A stretch of 64,000 nt of DNA from Candidatus Woesebacteria bacterium (GCA_035402805.1 DAONDY010000001.1:84098-148097); one strand, 5' to 3'. Positions 28,399-38,909 are shown, counted from the first letter of the stretch. Program-made: numbers and translations. Notes: generated from the letters alone by a model not told the origin.

Positions 28399-28536
28399 TT
28401 TATCCAAACAAGATATTTTATCAAAGTTTTTGCTATTAATATCTAATTTGGGTTTTCTTCGGTTTTACTTCTTGACTTGATATATTTCAATTTGTTATCA
28501 CTATAAATGTAAAGTTAATTTTATTTAAAAAACAAA

Positions 28537-29631
28537 ATGTATAAAAAGAAAGCTAAAAAAGAAATTCAAAAGAAATCTCCAGTTGTCGGTAATCAAAGCC
28601 AAAAAAACGAAGCCATCCGTGTTGCTATGGAGCAAATTACTAAAGCCTTTGGTGATGGAGCCATTATGAAAATGGGCGAAAAACAAGCCGATATGACCAT
28701 TGATGTCATTCCTACTGGTTGTCTCCCTCTAGATATTGCCCTAGGTGTTGGTGGTTTACCTCGTGGCCGAGTTACTGAAATTTTTGGACCAGAAGCTTCT
28801 GGAAAAACCACAGTTTGTCTTCATGTTATTGCTGAAGCCCAAAAAATGGGCGGCACTGCTGCTTTTATCGATGTTGAACATGCCCTTGATCCTCATCGTG
28901 CCGCTACTGTCGGCGTTAATCTTGACAGTCTTTTAATCTCTCAACCAGACAGTGGTGAACAGGCTCTTGAAATCGTTGAAACCTTAGTTCGTTCCAATGC
29001 TGTTGATGTTGTTGTTCTTGATTCAGTTGCCGCCCTAGTTCCTAAAGCTGAGATTGAAGGAGAAATGGGTGATTCTATGATGGGTGTTCAAGCTCGTCTT
29101 ATGTCCCAGGCTCTTAGAAAATTAACTGGTGCCATTTCTAAATCAAAAACCATTGTGATCTTTACTAATCAAATTCGCCAAAAGATTGGCGTTATGTTTG
29201 GTAATCCTGAAACTACTCCTGGTGGTTTAGCTCTAAAATTTTATGCTTCAGTCAGAATTGACTTACGTAAAATTGCCAATATCAAAACCGCTTCAGGTGA
29301 ATCAATTGGTTCTCAACATCGTGCCAGAATAATTAAAAATAAAGTGGCTCCACCATTTAGAGAAGCTGAATTCGAGATCATGAACACCGAAGGCATTTCT
29401 GTTTTTGGTAGTTTGGTCGATTTAGCCGTACAACACGGTTTAATTACCAAATCTGGTGCTTTCTTTAAAGTTGATGGTCAAAACATTCAAGGTCGAGAAG
29501 GCGTTAAAAAATATCTAAAAGAACATTCCAACTTAGTTGATGATCTTAAAAAACAAATTTGGGAAAAAGTTAAAGAAAACGATCAACCAGTTAAATTGGA
29601 ACCTCCAGAAGACGCCCCAATTGAAGAATAA
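28537..29631 (+). CDS. recA: Recombinase A
   Basis: [38 protein letters not shown]. Confidence 0.98.
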   Translation: MYKKKAKKEIQKKSPVVGNQSQKNEAIRVAMEQITKAFGDGAIMKMGEKQADMTIDVIPTGCLPLDIALGVGGLPRGRVTEIFGPEASGKTTVCLHVIAEAQKMGGTAAFIDVEHALDPHRAATVGVNLDSLLISQPDSGEQALEIVETLVRSNAVDVVVLDSVAALVPKAEIEGEMGDSMMGVQARLMSQALRKLTGAISKSKTIVIFTNQIRQKIGVMFGNPETTPGGLALKFYASVRIDLRKIANIKTASGESIGSQHRARIIKNKVAPPFREAEFEIMNTEGISVFGSLVDLAVQHGLITKSGAFFKVDGQNIQGREGVKKYLKEHSNLVDDLKKQIWEKVKENDQPVKLEPPEDAPIEE

Positions 29632-30230
29632 TGCAATTAGTCAACATTAAGGCCAGTAAAACTCCAAATCAAGTTTGGCTTACCTTTTCAGATCATTCCT
29701 TTCTTCCGTTTTTTATTGATGATGTCGTTAAATTATCTTTAACTAAAAATCAAGAAATTGACGACCAAAAACTTGAAGAAATTATTAAAAGTTGTCTTTT
29801 TTTTAAAGGTCGTGAATACGCTTTGCGTCAAATTGCCATTTCTCCAAAAATTGAAAAAATAATTTATCAAAAATTAAAAATATTTTTTCCAAAAATTTGT
29901 TTCAAATATCAGATTAAATACCCAAATATTAATCAAGTCATCGAGGAAATTATTGATTATCTCAATTCCAAAAGCCTTTTAGATCCAGAGAGTTTTACTA
30001 ATTATTTTATTCAAAAAAACAAAAATAAATCTCGCCAGCAAATTTCCTTTTTACTAAGTCGATATGGTCTTAAAAGTACCTTGCCAAACAATGATTTAGA
30101 GCTCATCAAAAAAATAATCCAAAAAAAATCTAGTATGGACAAATTAAAGCTAAAAGCCCTACTTTATCGCCGTGGTTTCAATCTCTCAGATATAAACGCT
30201 GCAATTGACGATTACTTCAATTTTAGATAA
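29631..30230 (+). CDS. recX: RecX-family regulator (divergent)
   Basis: Translationally coupled to recA; C-terminal LYRRGF. Confidence 0.7.
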   Translation: MQLVNIKASKTPNQVWLTFSDHSFLPFFIDDVVKLSLTKNQEIDDQKLEEIIKSCLFFKGREYALRQIAISPKIEKIIYQKLKIFFPKICFKYQIKYPNINQVIEEIIDYLNSKSLLDPESFTNYFIQKNKNKSRQQISFLLSRYGLKSTLPNNDLELIKKIIQKKSSMDKLKLKALLYRRGFNLSDINAAIDDYFNFR

Positions 30231-30233
30231 AAT
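30205..30233 (+). promoter_or_regulatory. Putative rny promoter
   Basis: TTGACG-17 nt-TAAAAT at the end of recX. Confidence 0.6.
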
Positions 30234-30381
30234 ACACTAATTAGTTTTTAAATTAAATTATAATTTTAACTTTTTCATTCAAAAGCACAGTAATATGTTA
30301 TTCAAATTAGTCAAAATACCGACTCGTTGTTAACCTAAGCCATTCTGGTGTGTTTTTGCTGCAAAAAGTATTGGAGGTTTT

Positions 30382-31947
30382 ATGTTAGATGTATTTTTAT
30401 CGAGAGTTAAGGGTTTATTTTCTACCCATCAAAAGCCGTCTTCGAAAAAAGAAATAAAAAAGGAAGTTATTAAAGAGGTCAAAAAAGAAGAATCAAAAGA
30501 CAATAATCGAGTTGTTTTTTCTCCTAATAAATCTGAAACAGTTACTCCTGTCAAACCAGTCGTCGAAGTTGACAATAGTGCCGTTCAAGCCGCTCTTCAA
30601 AATGCTAAGAGAATTGAAGCTGAAGCTAAAGCTAAAGAGGCTGAAATTTTTCAAAGATTATCGTCCCTAGATGAAAAAGAAAGATATTTGATTCAAAAGG
30701 AAAGAAATCTTGATAGTCAAGCCGCTGAAGTTAAAACCAAATTAGCTAGTATTGATGATGTTTATCGAAAACAAATGGAAAAACTGGAAACTATTTCTGG
30801 GCTTGATGTTGAAAAAGCTAAACAATTAGTTATCAGCAGCACTGAAAAAAGAATGTCTGCTTGGGTGTCTAAAAAAATAGATGAGGCCAGAGATGAGATT
30901 AAACAAAAAGAAGAAGAAATTACTAAAGAGGTGATTATTGATAATATTCGCCATGGTCTCACTGACTATGTTGCCGAATATACTGTTTCTACTATTTCCC
31001 TTGCCGATGAAACTGTTAAAGGTAAGATCATTGGTCGCGAAGGTCGTAACATCCGTGCTTTTGAAAAAGCCACTGGTGTTGAAATTGAATTAGACGAAAC
31101 TAATGATATTCGTATTTCTTCTTTTGATTCCACTCGTCGTGAAATTGCCCGTCTTTCATTGGAAAAATTAATTAAAGATGGTCGCATCCAACCTCTTAAA
31201 ATTGAACAAGTCGTTGCTCAAACCAAGACGGAAATGGACAGAATTCTTTTAAATGAAGGTAAAAAAATTACCCAAGAAGTTGGGGTTTTTAACCTACCAA
31301 TCGATCTAATTAAAGAAATTGGTAAATATAAATTTAGGTTTTCTTATGGTCAAAATTTAGCTAAACACACCATTGAAGCCACAAAAATTGCCACTGCTAT
31401 TGCCTATGAATTAAAAGCAGATGTCAATACTGTTCGTCTTGGCGCTTTGTTGCACGATATTGGTAAGGTCATTACGGATCAGGAAGGTACTCATGTTGAT
31501 TTAGGTGTTGATTTACTTAGACAATATAAAATATCCGAAGCTGTTATTGCCTGTGTTGCTGAACATCACGAAGATAAAGAATTTTCTTCAACAGAATCAG
31601 TTATCGTCTACATTGGGGATGCCGCCTCTGGTGCTCGTCCTGGCGCCCGTTATGAAGTCCATGAAGAATATTTAAAGAGAATGAAAAATATTGAAGAAGT
31701 TGCCAACACTTTCCCGGGAGTCACTAGTGTTGCCGCTTATCAGGCCGGTCGTGAAGTTGTTGTTATCGTCGAACCTACCCAAGTTTCCGATTCGGAAGCC
31801 GAAGTCTTAAGTCAAAATATTGCCGAAAAACTCGAAGAAGAAGCTAAATGGGCTGGTCAAATAAAGGTTACTGTTATTAGAGAAGTTAGAACTAGTAGTG
31901 TTATTGTTGGTAGCAAAATCAACAAAAATGCGGTAAAAAACGAATAA
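30382..31947 (+). CDS. rny: Ribonuclease Y
   Basis: Coiled coil, KH motif KGKIIGREGRNIR, HD motif LLHDIGK, QAGREV; SD GGAGG. Confidence 0.95.
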   Translation: MLDVFLSRVKGLFSTHQKPSSKKEIKKEVIKEVKKEESKDNNRVVFSPNKSETVTPVKPVVEVDNSAVQAALQNAKRIEAEAKAKEAEIFQRLSSLDEKERYLIQKERNLDSQAAEVKTKLASIDDVYRKQMEKLETISGLDVEKAKQLVISSTEKRMSAWVSKKIDEARDEIKQKEEEITKEVIIDNIRHGLTDYVAEYTVSTISLADETVKGKIIGREGRNIRAFEKATGVEIELDETNDIRISSFDSTRREIARLSLEKLIKDGRIQPLKIEQVVAQTKTEMDRILLNEGKKITQEVGVFNLPIDLIKEIGKYKFRFSYGQNLAKHTIEATKIATAIAYELKADVNTVRLGALLHDIGKVITDQEGTHVDLGVDLLRQYKISEAVIACVAEHHEDKEFSSTESVIVYIGDAASGARPGARYEVHEEYLKRMKNIEEVANTFPGVTSVAAYQAGREVVVIVEPTQVSDSEAEVLSQNIAEKLEEEAKWAGQIKVTVIREVRTSSVIVGSKINKNAVKNE

Positions 31948-32012
31948 CTTCTATTGCAATTTAGTAATATTCGTTTAGAATTAAAATGAATTATTAATTA
32001 ATAATAAAAATA

Positions 32013-32285
32013 ATGACCAAAAAAGATTTAATCGAATCAGTCTCTCAAAAAGCCAAGCTTAGTAAAAAAGCAGCTAAACAAGCTGTTGAAACTTTTCTTT
32101 CTGAAATAATGAAAGGATTAGCTAGTGGCGAAACTGTTAAGCTTTCTGGTTTTGGAACTTTCAAAACCAAAATGTTCAAAGCTAAAACTATTAAAGCTAT
32201 TGGAACCAAAGAATCCAAGAAAATCGTTGCTCGAAGAATGCCACGATACATTCCAGGAACCAAGATCAAGAAAATGGTCAAATAA
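32013..32285 (+). CDS. hup: HU/IHF-family DNA-binding protein
   Basis: MTKKDLI, VKLSGFGTF. Confidence 0.9.
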   Translation: MTKKDLIESVSQKAKLSKKAAKQAVETFLSEIMKGLASGETVKLSGFGTFKTKMFKAKTIKAIGTKESKKIVARRMPRYIPGTKIKKMVK

Positions 32286-32304
32286 TTTCTTTTTTGAAAT
32301 TTCA

Positions 32305-32333
32305 AAATCCCTCCGATTTTCGGGGGGATTTTT
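32305..32333 (+). terminator. Intrinsic terminator after HU
   Basis: AAAATCCCTCCGA-TTT-TCGGGGGGATTTT. Confidence 0.8.
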
Positions 32334-32346
32334 GTTAAAATACACT

Positions 32347-33417
32347 ATGAAACTTTCAATCGGAATCGTTGGTCTACCCAATGTTGGTAAATCTACGCTT
32401 TTTAATGCGCTCCTCGGCAAACAAGTTGCCGACGCCAGCAATTATCCTTTTTGCACCATCGATCCCAATGTTGGTGTTGTTGAAGTCCCCGATGAAAAAT
32501 TACCAGTTCTTGCCAAAATCGTTAAAACCGACAAAATTGTTCCTGCCATTGTCGAATTTGTTGACATTGCCGGTCTAGTTAAAGGAGCCTCCCAGGGTGA
32601 AGGTCTTGGTAATAAATTCCTTACTAATATTCGCGATTGTGATGCCATCTGTCATGTAGTTCGTGCCTTTTCCGACTCTAGTATTCTTAAAGAAGGTAGC
32701 GTTGATCCACAAGGCGATTTTGAGGTCATTTGTGCTGAACTAATTATTAAAGATCTGGAGACAATTGATAAATATCTTGATACCAATAAAAATAATGCCA
32801 AAGAAAACAAATCTAAAAAATTTATTCTAGCTACTAAATTAAAATCTGAACTAGAAAAAGGTATTTTGGCCGTTAATCTTAAATTAGATGATGAAGAAAA
32901 AGAAATAACTAAAGAATTTTTCTTATTAACCGCCAAACCTTATTTTATTGTTGCTAATGTCGACGAAGACACTTACAAGAATATTAATAATTGGCATATA
33001 AATTTAAAAAATTTCGAAACCGTTGTTCCTGTCTCTGCTAAAGTCGAATTTGATTTATCAGAACTAAGTCCAGTGGAAAGAAAAGATTATTTAAAAGAGT
33101 TAGGTGTTGAAAAATCTGGCTTGGAACGAGTTATCCAAAAAGCCTATGACACTCTTGGTCTTCAATCTTATTACACCGCTGGCGTTAAAGAAGTTCGTGC
33201 CTGGACAATTAGAAAAGGGGATTCTGCCCCTAAAGCCGCCTCTGCCATTCATACTGATTTTGAAAAGGGTTTTATTATGGCCGAAGTCGTTTCTTATGAC
33301 GATTTTGTTCAATACAATGGTGCCTTAGGTGCCAAAGATGCTGGAAAACTTCGTCATGAAGGTCGAGACTATATCATGCGCCCCGACGATGTTGTTGAAT
33401 TTAAAATAAACGCCTAG
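32347..33417 (+). CDS. ychF: Redox-regulated ATPase YchF
   Basis: [32 protein letters not shown]; start at ATG 32347. Confidence 0.96.
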   Translation: MKLSIGIVGLPNVGKSTLFNALLGKQVADASNYPFCTIDPNVGVVEVPDEKLPVLAKIVKTDKIVPAIVEFVDIAGLVKGASQGEGLGNKFLTNIRDCDAICHVVRAFSDSSILKEGSVDPQGDFEVICAELIIKDLETIDKYLDTNKNNAKENKSKKFILATKLKSELEKGILAVNLKLDDEEKEITKEFFLLTAKPYFIVANVDEDTYKNINNWHINLKNFETVVPVSAKVEFDLSELSPVERKDYLKELGVEKSGLERVIQKAYDTLGLQSYYTAGVKEVRAWTIRKGDSAPKAASAIHTDFEKGFIMAEVVSYDDFVQYNGALGAKDAGKLRHEGRDYIMRPDDVVEFKINA

Positions 33418-34066
33418 TTGGTAATTTACTTAATTCTAAAAATAATTCGATCTGTTCTAAAGCCCTTCTTTCGCTGATTGGGGGTTCGTCTTTGTCTAAA
33501 AATTTGGTATTTGCCCCAATATCTAGCAGGCAAATTTTGCCTCTTCCAGTTTTTTTGTCAACCACTATCGAATAGGCGTCTATGCTCAAGAAAATGTCAT
33601 TATGATATGCCGCTCGAGCAATATTAACCAATTGATTTTCTAAATCATATATATTTTCTATTGAAGAGTCTTCTAATGGATTGTGTTTATCTACAATTGT
33701 TTTTTCATTTTTTTGAGTCATATCAGTCATCAAGATTAAGTTATTTTCTACATCACCTCTGCAAATTGGAACTGTTGGTAATCCTATTTCCTTTAGATAT
33801 GAATGTTTTTTTAAAACCTCGTCGACGCCACTTTCTCTGTGTTTATTTACAGACAATTGATTTAATTCTTTAACGCAAACCCTTATGCCGGTCTTTTCAA
33901 ACTTTCCTCTATGTTCAATTTCAATATCATAAAAACCGATATTACCCTCACATCCAACTGGTCCAAGAGAATAACTTAAATTCCCTCTAATTTGAACCGG
34001 TTTTTTTGACTCAAAGTCTTTACAAAAATAACCATCGATGAACTCTTTCATATTTACTAAATACAT
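33401..34066 (-). CDS. Hypothetical protein, possible atypical kinase-like fold
   Basis: VCVK, LKEIGLPT, LILMTD and LLDIG resemble kinase subdomains; tentative. Confidence 0.5.
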   Translation of the reverse strand: MYLVNMKEFIDGYFCKDFESKKPVQIRGNLSYSLGPVGCEGNIGFYDIEIEHRGKFEKTGIRVCVKELNQLSVNKHRESGVDEVLKKHSYLKEIGLPTVPICRGDVENNLILMTDMTQKNEKTIVDKHNPLEDSSIENIYDLENQLVNIARAAYHNDIFLSIDAYSIVVDKKTGRGKICLLDIGANTKFLDKDEPPISERRALEQIELFLELSKLPTRRLF

Positions 34067-34109
34067 ACTATTTTACCGCAAAATTGTAAAATATGGAATA
34101 TAATTGATT

Positions 34110-35015
34110 ATGTTTAATAAAATTTTAATTATTTCTGGCCCAACAGCTACAGGTAAAACTGATTTAGCTGTTAAATTGGCTAAAAAGTACAATGGCGAAT
34201 TAGTTTCCACTGATTCTTGCCAAATTTATAAAGGTCTCGATATCGGCACTGGTAAAGATCAACCGGATAAAACCCCGATTCATTTAATTGATTTAATCAA
34301 TCCCGACCAAAAATTTTCCGTAGCTCAGTTTCAACAAGTCGGTTTAAAAATAATTAATCAGCTTCATTCACAAAATAAATTACCGATTTTAGTTGGTTGT
34401 AGTGGCTTTTATCTTAATTCTCTAATTAATCCAAATTATGACACTTTTGCAATAAAGCCTAATAAAATTTGGCGTCTCGTTTCTAAAAAATTATCAGTAA
34501 AAACTTTACAAAAAATTTATAAATTATTGGATTCTAATAATTTTTCCAAGTTAAATAATTCAGACATTAATAATTACTATCGTCTTACTCGTAAAATCGA
34601 AATCAAGTTATCACTAAAAAATAAAAACACTAATAATAATCAAAATTTTGATATTCTCCATATTTCTCTAATTGCTCCATTAGATTTTTTATATAATCGA
34701 ATTGACAAGCGTGTTCAAAAACGCCTAGATATAGGTTTTTTTAATGAAGTCAAAAATTTATTAAAAAAATATTCTTGGTCAGATCCAGGAATGCAAATTG
34801 GAGCTTATCAATGTTTAAAACCATATTTTGAGAACAATAAAGATTTAGAAACTTGTCTTCAAAATTGGCGCTATGCCGAACACTCCGATGCTCGTCATCA
34901 AAGCACTTATTTTAAATCAAGATATTCCAACAAAGCTTCTTTTTTTGATATTACTTCTCCTATGTTTAAGGATAAAATTTTTAAATTAGTTTCTGGATGG
35001 TACAATAAATTATGA
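34110..35015 (+). CDS. miaA: tRNA dimethylallyltransferase
   Basis: GPTATGKT, DS.QIYKGLDIGTGK, RIDKRV. Confidence 0.93.
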   Translation: MFNKILIISGPTATGKTDLAVKLAKKYNGELVSTDSCQIYKGLDIGTGKDQPDKTPIHLIDLINPDQKFSVAQFQQVGLKIINQLHSQNKLPILVGCSGFYLNSLINPNYDTFAIKPNKIWRLVSKKLSVKTLQKIYKLLDSNNFSKLNNSDINNYYRLTRKIEIKLSLKNKNTNNNQNFDILHISLIAPLDFLYNRIDKRVQKRLDIGFFNEVKNLLKKYSWSDPGMQIGAYQCLKPYFENNKDLETCLQNWRYAEHSDARHQSTYFKSRYSNKASFFDITSPMFKDKIFKLVSGWYNKL

Positions 35016-35989
35016 AAATTAGAAAAATAGAAATTTCTCACAAAATCGTCATTTTTACCGTTGCTTTTTTGTTAGCTTTAGCTTTCCTTTGGCAAATAAG
35101 AAGTATTCTTATGCTTGTCTTTGTCGGCTTTGTCTTAATGGAAGCCGTCAACCCGTTTGTTCGCCAGCTTGAAAAGATAAAAATTCCCCGAGTTTTTTCT
35201 ATTTTAATTGTTTACATTCTAATCATCACCGGTATTTCTTTTGCTATTGCTGGTATTGTTCCAATTTTAATAGAGCAAACTTCGGGGCTGATAGGTAGTT
35301 TGCCCCAGCTTATTCAAAATGTAAAAATATTTAGCGAAAACAACATTGATTTATCATCTCAATTCAAAATTTTAGAAACTATTCCTTCAAACATTGCTAA
35401 GATTGCCGTTTCTTTTGCCTCAAATGTTTTTTCCGGTTTAATTATTTTTGTTATTACTTTTTATCTTTTATTGGAAAAAAATAATTTTTCTAAATATGGT
35501 GGCAATTTTTTTGGAGAAAAAAGCAAAGCCAAATTTTTAAAAATAATGAATAATATTGAGTCCAGTCTTGGTGGTTGGGTTAGCGCTGAATTTTTATTAA
35601 TGCTCATTATTGGTTTGCTTTCTTATATTGGTTATTTGGTTTTAGGTCTAAAATATGCCGTTCCATTAGCTATTCTTGCTGGTCTTCTTGAAGCAGTTCC
35701 TAATGTTGGACCAATCATTACTACTGTCATTGCTGGTTTATTTGCTCTAACAATTTCGCCTCTAACCGCCCTCTTCACAGTTATTTTTGGTGTTTTAGTG
35801 CAACAAGTCGAGAACAATTTTATTGTTCCTAAGATTATGAAAAAAACTGTTGGTTTAAATCCATTGATAACTATCCTCTTAATTATTACAGGCAGTAAAT
35901 TAGGTGGAATTGTTGGTGCTATCTTGGCTATACCACTTTTCTTGACTATTCAAGCTATTATTAAAGGTCTTTCAAAAGATTCGGAATAA
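35012..35989 (+). CDS. AI-2E (PerM) family transporter
   Basis: Multi-TM; VPNVGP, QQVENNFIVPK, GLNP, LAIP. Confidence 0.9.
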   Translation: MKIRKIEISHKIVIFTVAFLLALAFLWQIRSILMLVFVGFVLMEAVNPFVRQLEKIKIPRVFSILIVYILIITGISFAIAGIVPILIEQTSGLIGSLPQLIQNVKIFSENNIDLSSQFKILETIPSNIAKIAVSFASNVFSGLIIFVITFYLLLEKNNFSKYGGNFFGEKSKAKFLKIMNNIESSLGGWVSAEFLLMLIIGLLSYIGYLVLGLKYAVPLAILAGLLEAVPNVGPIITTVIAGLFALTISPLTALFTVIFGVLVQQVENNFIVPKIMKKTVGLNPLITILLIITGSKLGGIVGAILAIPLFLTIQAIIKGLSKDSE

Positions 35990-35993
35990 AAAT

Positions 35994-36256
35994 ATCCTAA
36001 AGACACTGATAAGCCGGATTCTGTTTAGAGGCCATCAATCTACTCTCTCTACCTGAAACTCTCAAAAGCTAGATATTAACGTTTCATCTTGAGATTTCCA
36101 CCAGAAGGATGCGCGTTTCATACTCGTCCGCCTGTGGCGGATTACTCGTCTCTGTAGCAGCGCCCAAAGCTTACGCCCTGACCCTTAGGGTTTCTGTGCT
36201 TTTTGTGGTCCGGACTTTCCTCCCCATTGGGGTAAGCCCCTCAATCTCTTTAGGAT
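35994..36256 (-). ncRNA. rnpB: RNase P RNA, very short (~263 nt)
   Basis: Minus strand GAGGAAAGTCCGG (CR-I) and ACAGAATCCGGCTTAT (CR-V); P1 ATCCTAAAGA/TCTTTAGGAT; TATAAT just upstream. Confidence 0.93.
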
Positions 36257-36292
36257 GGCTAGATTATAGCTTTAAACCATTCCAAAAACAAA

Positions 36293-36320
36293 TACCCTCC
36301 CGATATTCATCAGGAGGGTA
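36293..36320 (-). terminator. Hairpin terminator downstream of the small basic protein
   Basis: TACCCTCC...GGAGGGTA stem followed by T-rich sequence on the minus strand. Confidence 0.7.
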
Positions 36321-36344
36321 ATTAATTTAAATCTATCTTTATTA

Positions 36345-36521
36345 TTATCTCAATAAAGCTGCATCAGCTGCTGATAATATTTTAAACATTTTGGTTCCAG
36401 TTTCAGAATCAATAGTTTCAGCTGCTGGTCTGCCGTTTTTTAACATAACTTTTTTAACTTTGCTTACGTCAACTTCGACAGATTTGCGAGATTTAACGTT
36501 ATAAAATTTAATTGTTGGCAT
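36345..36521 (-). CDS. Small basic protein, DUF5679/CC1/Cren7-like (58 aa, not in ORF track)
   Basis: Manual translation MPTIKFYNVKSRKSVEVDVSKVKKVMLKNGRPAAETIDSETGTKMFKILSAADAALLR; strong SD AAGGGGGGTGA, tandem TAA stops, own terminator. Confidence 0.8.
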   Translation of the reverse strand: MPTIKFYNVKSRKSVEVDVSKVKKVMLKNGRPAAETIDSETGTKMFKILSAADAALLR

Positions 36522-36711
36522 TAATCTTCACCCCCCTTATAAAAATAATAATTTCTAATAACCATTTTTAAGGTAATAAATAATTATAATAACCCCGATC
36601 GAAATCAAGCTCAATATCAAACTTCTTAATAAATCTTTTTTAATATATTTATTTTCGTTCATTATATGTTTCTATCGCCAGTATAGCACATTGTTTTGCT
36701 ACAATTAGTAG

Positions 36712-37062
36712 ATGTCTTTTTTAATATATTTAATATTAGCAATTAATTTATTGTGGCTTTGCTATCTAACTTATTTAGTTTATATTAAAAATAACTCTAA
36801 AAATAAAGCTTTAGATTTAGACAAAATAGACAATAGTCTTAAGATAGGTATAACTAGATTTAATCCGTTCGACGATGTTGGTGGTGATCAAAGTTTTATT
36901 CTAACCATTTTAGACAAAAATAATTCTGGAGCTATTATTACCTCACTCCATAATCGTGATATCACTCGAATTTATGCCAAACCAGTTAAAAATGGATTTG
37001 GTGAAAACATCACTTTGTCAAAGGAAGAAAAATCCGCTATAGTTAAAACTATTAAAAATTAA
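36712..37062 (+). CDS. DUF4446-like membrane-anchored protein
   Basis: N-terminal TM; RFNPFDDVGGDQSF, RIYAKP, LSKEE. Confidence 0.8.
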   Translation: MSFLIYLILAINLLWLCYLTYLVYIKNNSKNKALDLDKIDNSLKIGITRFNPFDDVGGDQSFILTILDKNNSGAIITSLHNRDITRIYAKPVKNGFGENITLSKEEKSAIVKTIKN

Positions 37063-37069
37063 TTTTTAA

Positions 37070-38323
37070 ATGAACAAAAATTTATTAAAAAACATAAGAT
37101 TTTTAGGCCTTTTCTTATTAATTACTGGTATTTCCTATTATTTATTTGATTATTTAATTCCCTCAGGTTCAGGAAGTTCGCTTTCACCTAGTGGTAATAA
37201 GACTACCAAAAGTGAAAAGACTGGTGATCTTTCAGTAAAAAATTCCACTTATTCTGGTCCAAAAACTGAGATCTGTCCTATTAATGGACAACTTTATACT
37301 AAAGAAGAAAAAGCTATTTGGTCAAAACGTCGTCCTCTAACCGTTATGATTGAAAATCATGAAGATTCCCGACCTCAATCTGGACTTCAGTCAGCTGATA
37401 TCGTCTATGAGGCTGTAGCCGAAGGTGGTATTACTCGATTTATGGGTGTTTTTTATTGTGGAATCGTTGGAACTGAAGCTGATTTAGAAAATAAATATAA
37501 TGTCGGTCCAGTCCGTTCGGCCAGAACTTATTTCTTAGATATTGCTTCCGAATATGGTGATTATCCACTTTATAACCACGTTGGTGGCGCTAATTGTAGT
37601 GCTGCCGATAATAAGAGCCCTTGTACTACTAATGTTAAAGCTCAGGCCATTGAACAGATTGCTAAATATGGCTGGAACAATCAAGGCACTTGGGGTGATT
37701 TAAGCCAATTTTCTTTATCTTACAAAGCTTGCCGTCGTGAGCCAGATCGAACCGGTCAGGAAAGAGCTACTGAACACACCATGTATTGTTCCTCATCTGA
37801 ACTTTACAATATAGCTGCTAACCGTGGTTTAACCAATATGACTGAAGCTAAAAAAACTTCATGGGATAAATCATACCAGCCATGGGAATTTACCCAAAAA
37901 GAAACAGCTTCTAGCTCTTCTTCGGTTATCTCTTTTGATTTTTGGTCTGGCTACAAAGATTATTCTGTTTCTTGGAAATATGATCCATCTTCAAATCTTT
38001 ATCTTCGAAGTAATGGTGGTAAAGAACAAATTGATTTTAATACCCAAAAAACTATTACTGCCAAGAATATTGTTATTCAATATGTTAAAGAGAGTAGATC
38101 AATCGATGAACATCTTCATAATCTTTATGAAATGATTGGTACTGGTAAAGGGATGCTCTTCCAAAATGGTGCTAAAACTGAAATTACTTGGTCTAAAAAA
38201 GATCGTCTTTCTCGAACCATTTTCAAAGACAGTAGTGGTAAAGAAATTAATTTTGTCCCAGGCAATATCTGGGTAGAAATTTTGCCATTAAATAGCAGTG
38301 TTTCTTATGAAAATTCAAACTAG
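37070..38323 (+). CDS. DUF3048 (YerB-like) exported protein
   Basis: VMIENH..SRPQSGL..ADIVYE..AEGGITRF, GPVRSAR. Confidence 0.88.
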   Translation: MNKNLLKNIRFLGLFLLITGISYYLFDYLIPSGSGSSLSPSGNKTTKSEKTGDLSVKNSTYSGPKTEICPINGQLYTKEEKAIWSKRRPLTVMIENHEDSRPQSGLQSADIVYEAVAEGGITRFMGVFYCGIVGTEADLENKYNVGPVRSARTYFLDIASEYGDYPLYNHVGGANCSAADNKSPCTTNVKAQAIEQIAKYGWNNQGTWGDLSQFSLSYKACRREPDRTGQERATEHTMYCSSSELYNIAANRGLTNMTEAKKTSWDKSYQPWEFTQKETASSSSSVISFDFWSGYKDYSVSWKYDPSSNLYLRSNGGKEQIDFNTQKTITAKNIVIQYVKESRSIDEHLHNLYEMIGTGKGMLFQNGAKTEITWSKKDRLSRTIFKDSSGKEINFVPGNIWVEILPLNSSVSYENSN

Positions 38324-38903
38324 TCTTAAACAATTACTTGTCTCTCAAACCAGACTAAAATTAATTACTATTCTTTTTAGTAACCCTAGAGAAATTTATT
38401 ATGTTCGTCAGCTAGTTCGTTTAGTTGAAGAAGAAATTAATTCAGTCCGTCGCGAATTAGATAATCTTAAAAAAACCGGAATCATTGAATCGGAATGGCG
38501 TGGTAATCGCCTTTATTATTGGGCTGATAAGCAATCTCCAATTTTTTATGATCTTTTGGTTTTGGCTAATAAAAATTCTGGTCTTGGATTAAAACTTCAA
38601 CACAAAAATGAAACTCTAAGTCCAATAAAACTGGTTTTATATAATTACAAATTTGCCGTTGGTGAAAAAAGAAGTGAAGATGGTGTTGATTTAATTATCG
38701 TTGGCGACCTCTTTTCTCTTAAAGAAGTTGATCTTTTAATTAAACAAGAGGAAGAAATTCGTGGACATGAAATTAATTATATGGTTATGGATAAAAACGA
38801 ATTTCAAATGCGAAAGCAAAAAAGAGATCAATTTATTGTCGACTTTTTTTTAAGCTGTCCAATCGTTATAATAGGTAGCTCATCAGAAATTGCTAGTATT
38901 TAA
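38307..38903 (+). CDS. Winged-helix regulator fused to nucleotidyltransferase-like domain
   Basis: TRLKL...YVRQL..LV.EEINSVRRELDNL wHTH; C-terminal DGVDLIIVG...EINY. Confidence 0.7.
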   Translation: MKIQTSLKQLLVSQTRLKLITILFSNPREIYYVRQLVRLVEEEINSVRRELDNLKKTGIIESEWRGNRLYYWADKQSPIFYDLLVLANKNSGLGLKLQHKNETLSPIKLVLYNYKFAVGEKRSEDGVDLIIVGDLFSLKEVDLLIKQEEEIRGHEINYMVMDKNEFQMRKQKRDQFIVDFFLSCPIVIIGSSSEIASI

Positions 38904-38909
38904 AAATAA

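Noticed and set aside
32125-32346. 5' extensions of track ORFs (ychF, rpsH, rpsJ, rplX, rpsI)
   Set aside because: They overlap upstream genes or terminators; homology begins at downstream ATGs
36109-36321. 70-aa ORF in the track
   Set aside because: Lies antisense to the RNase P RNA; spurious
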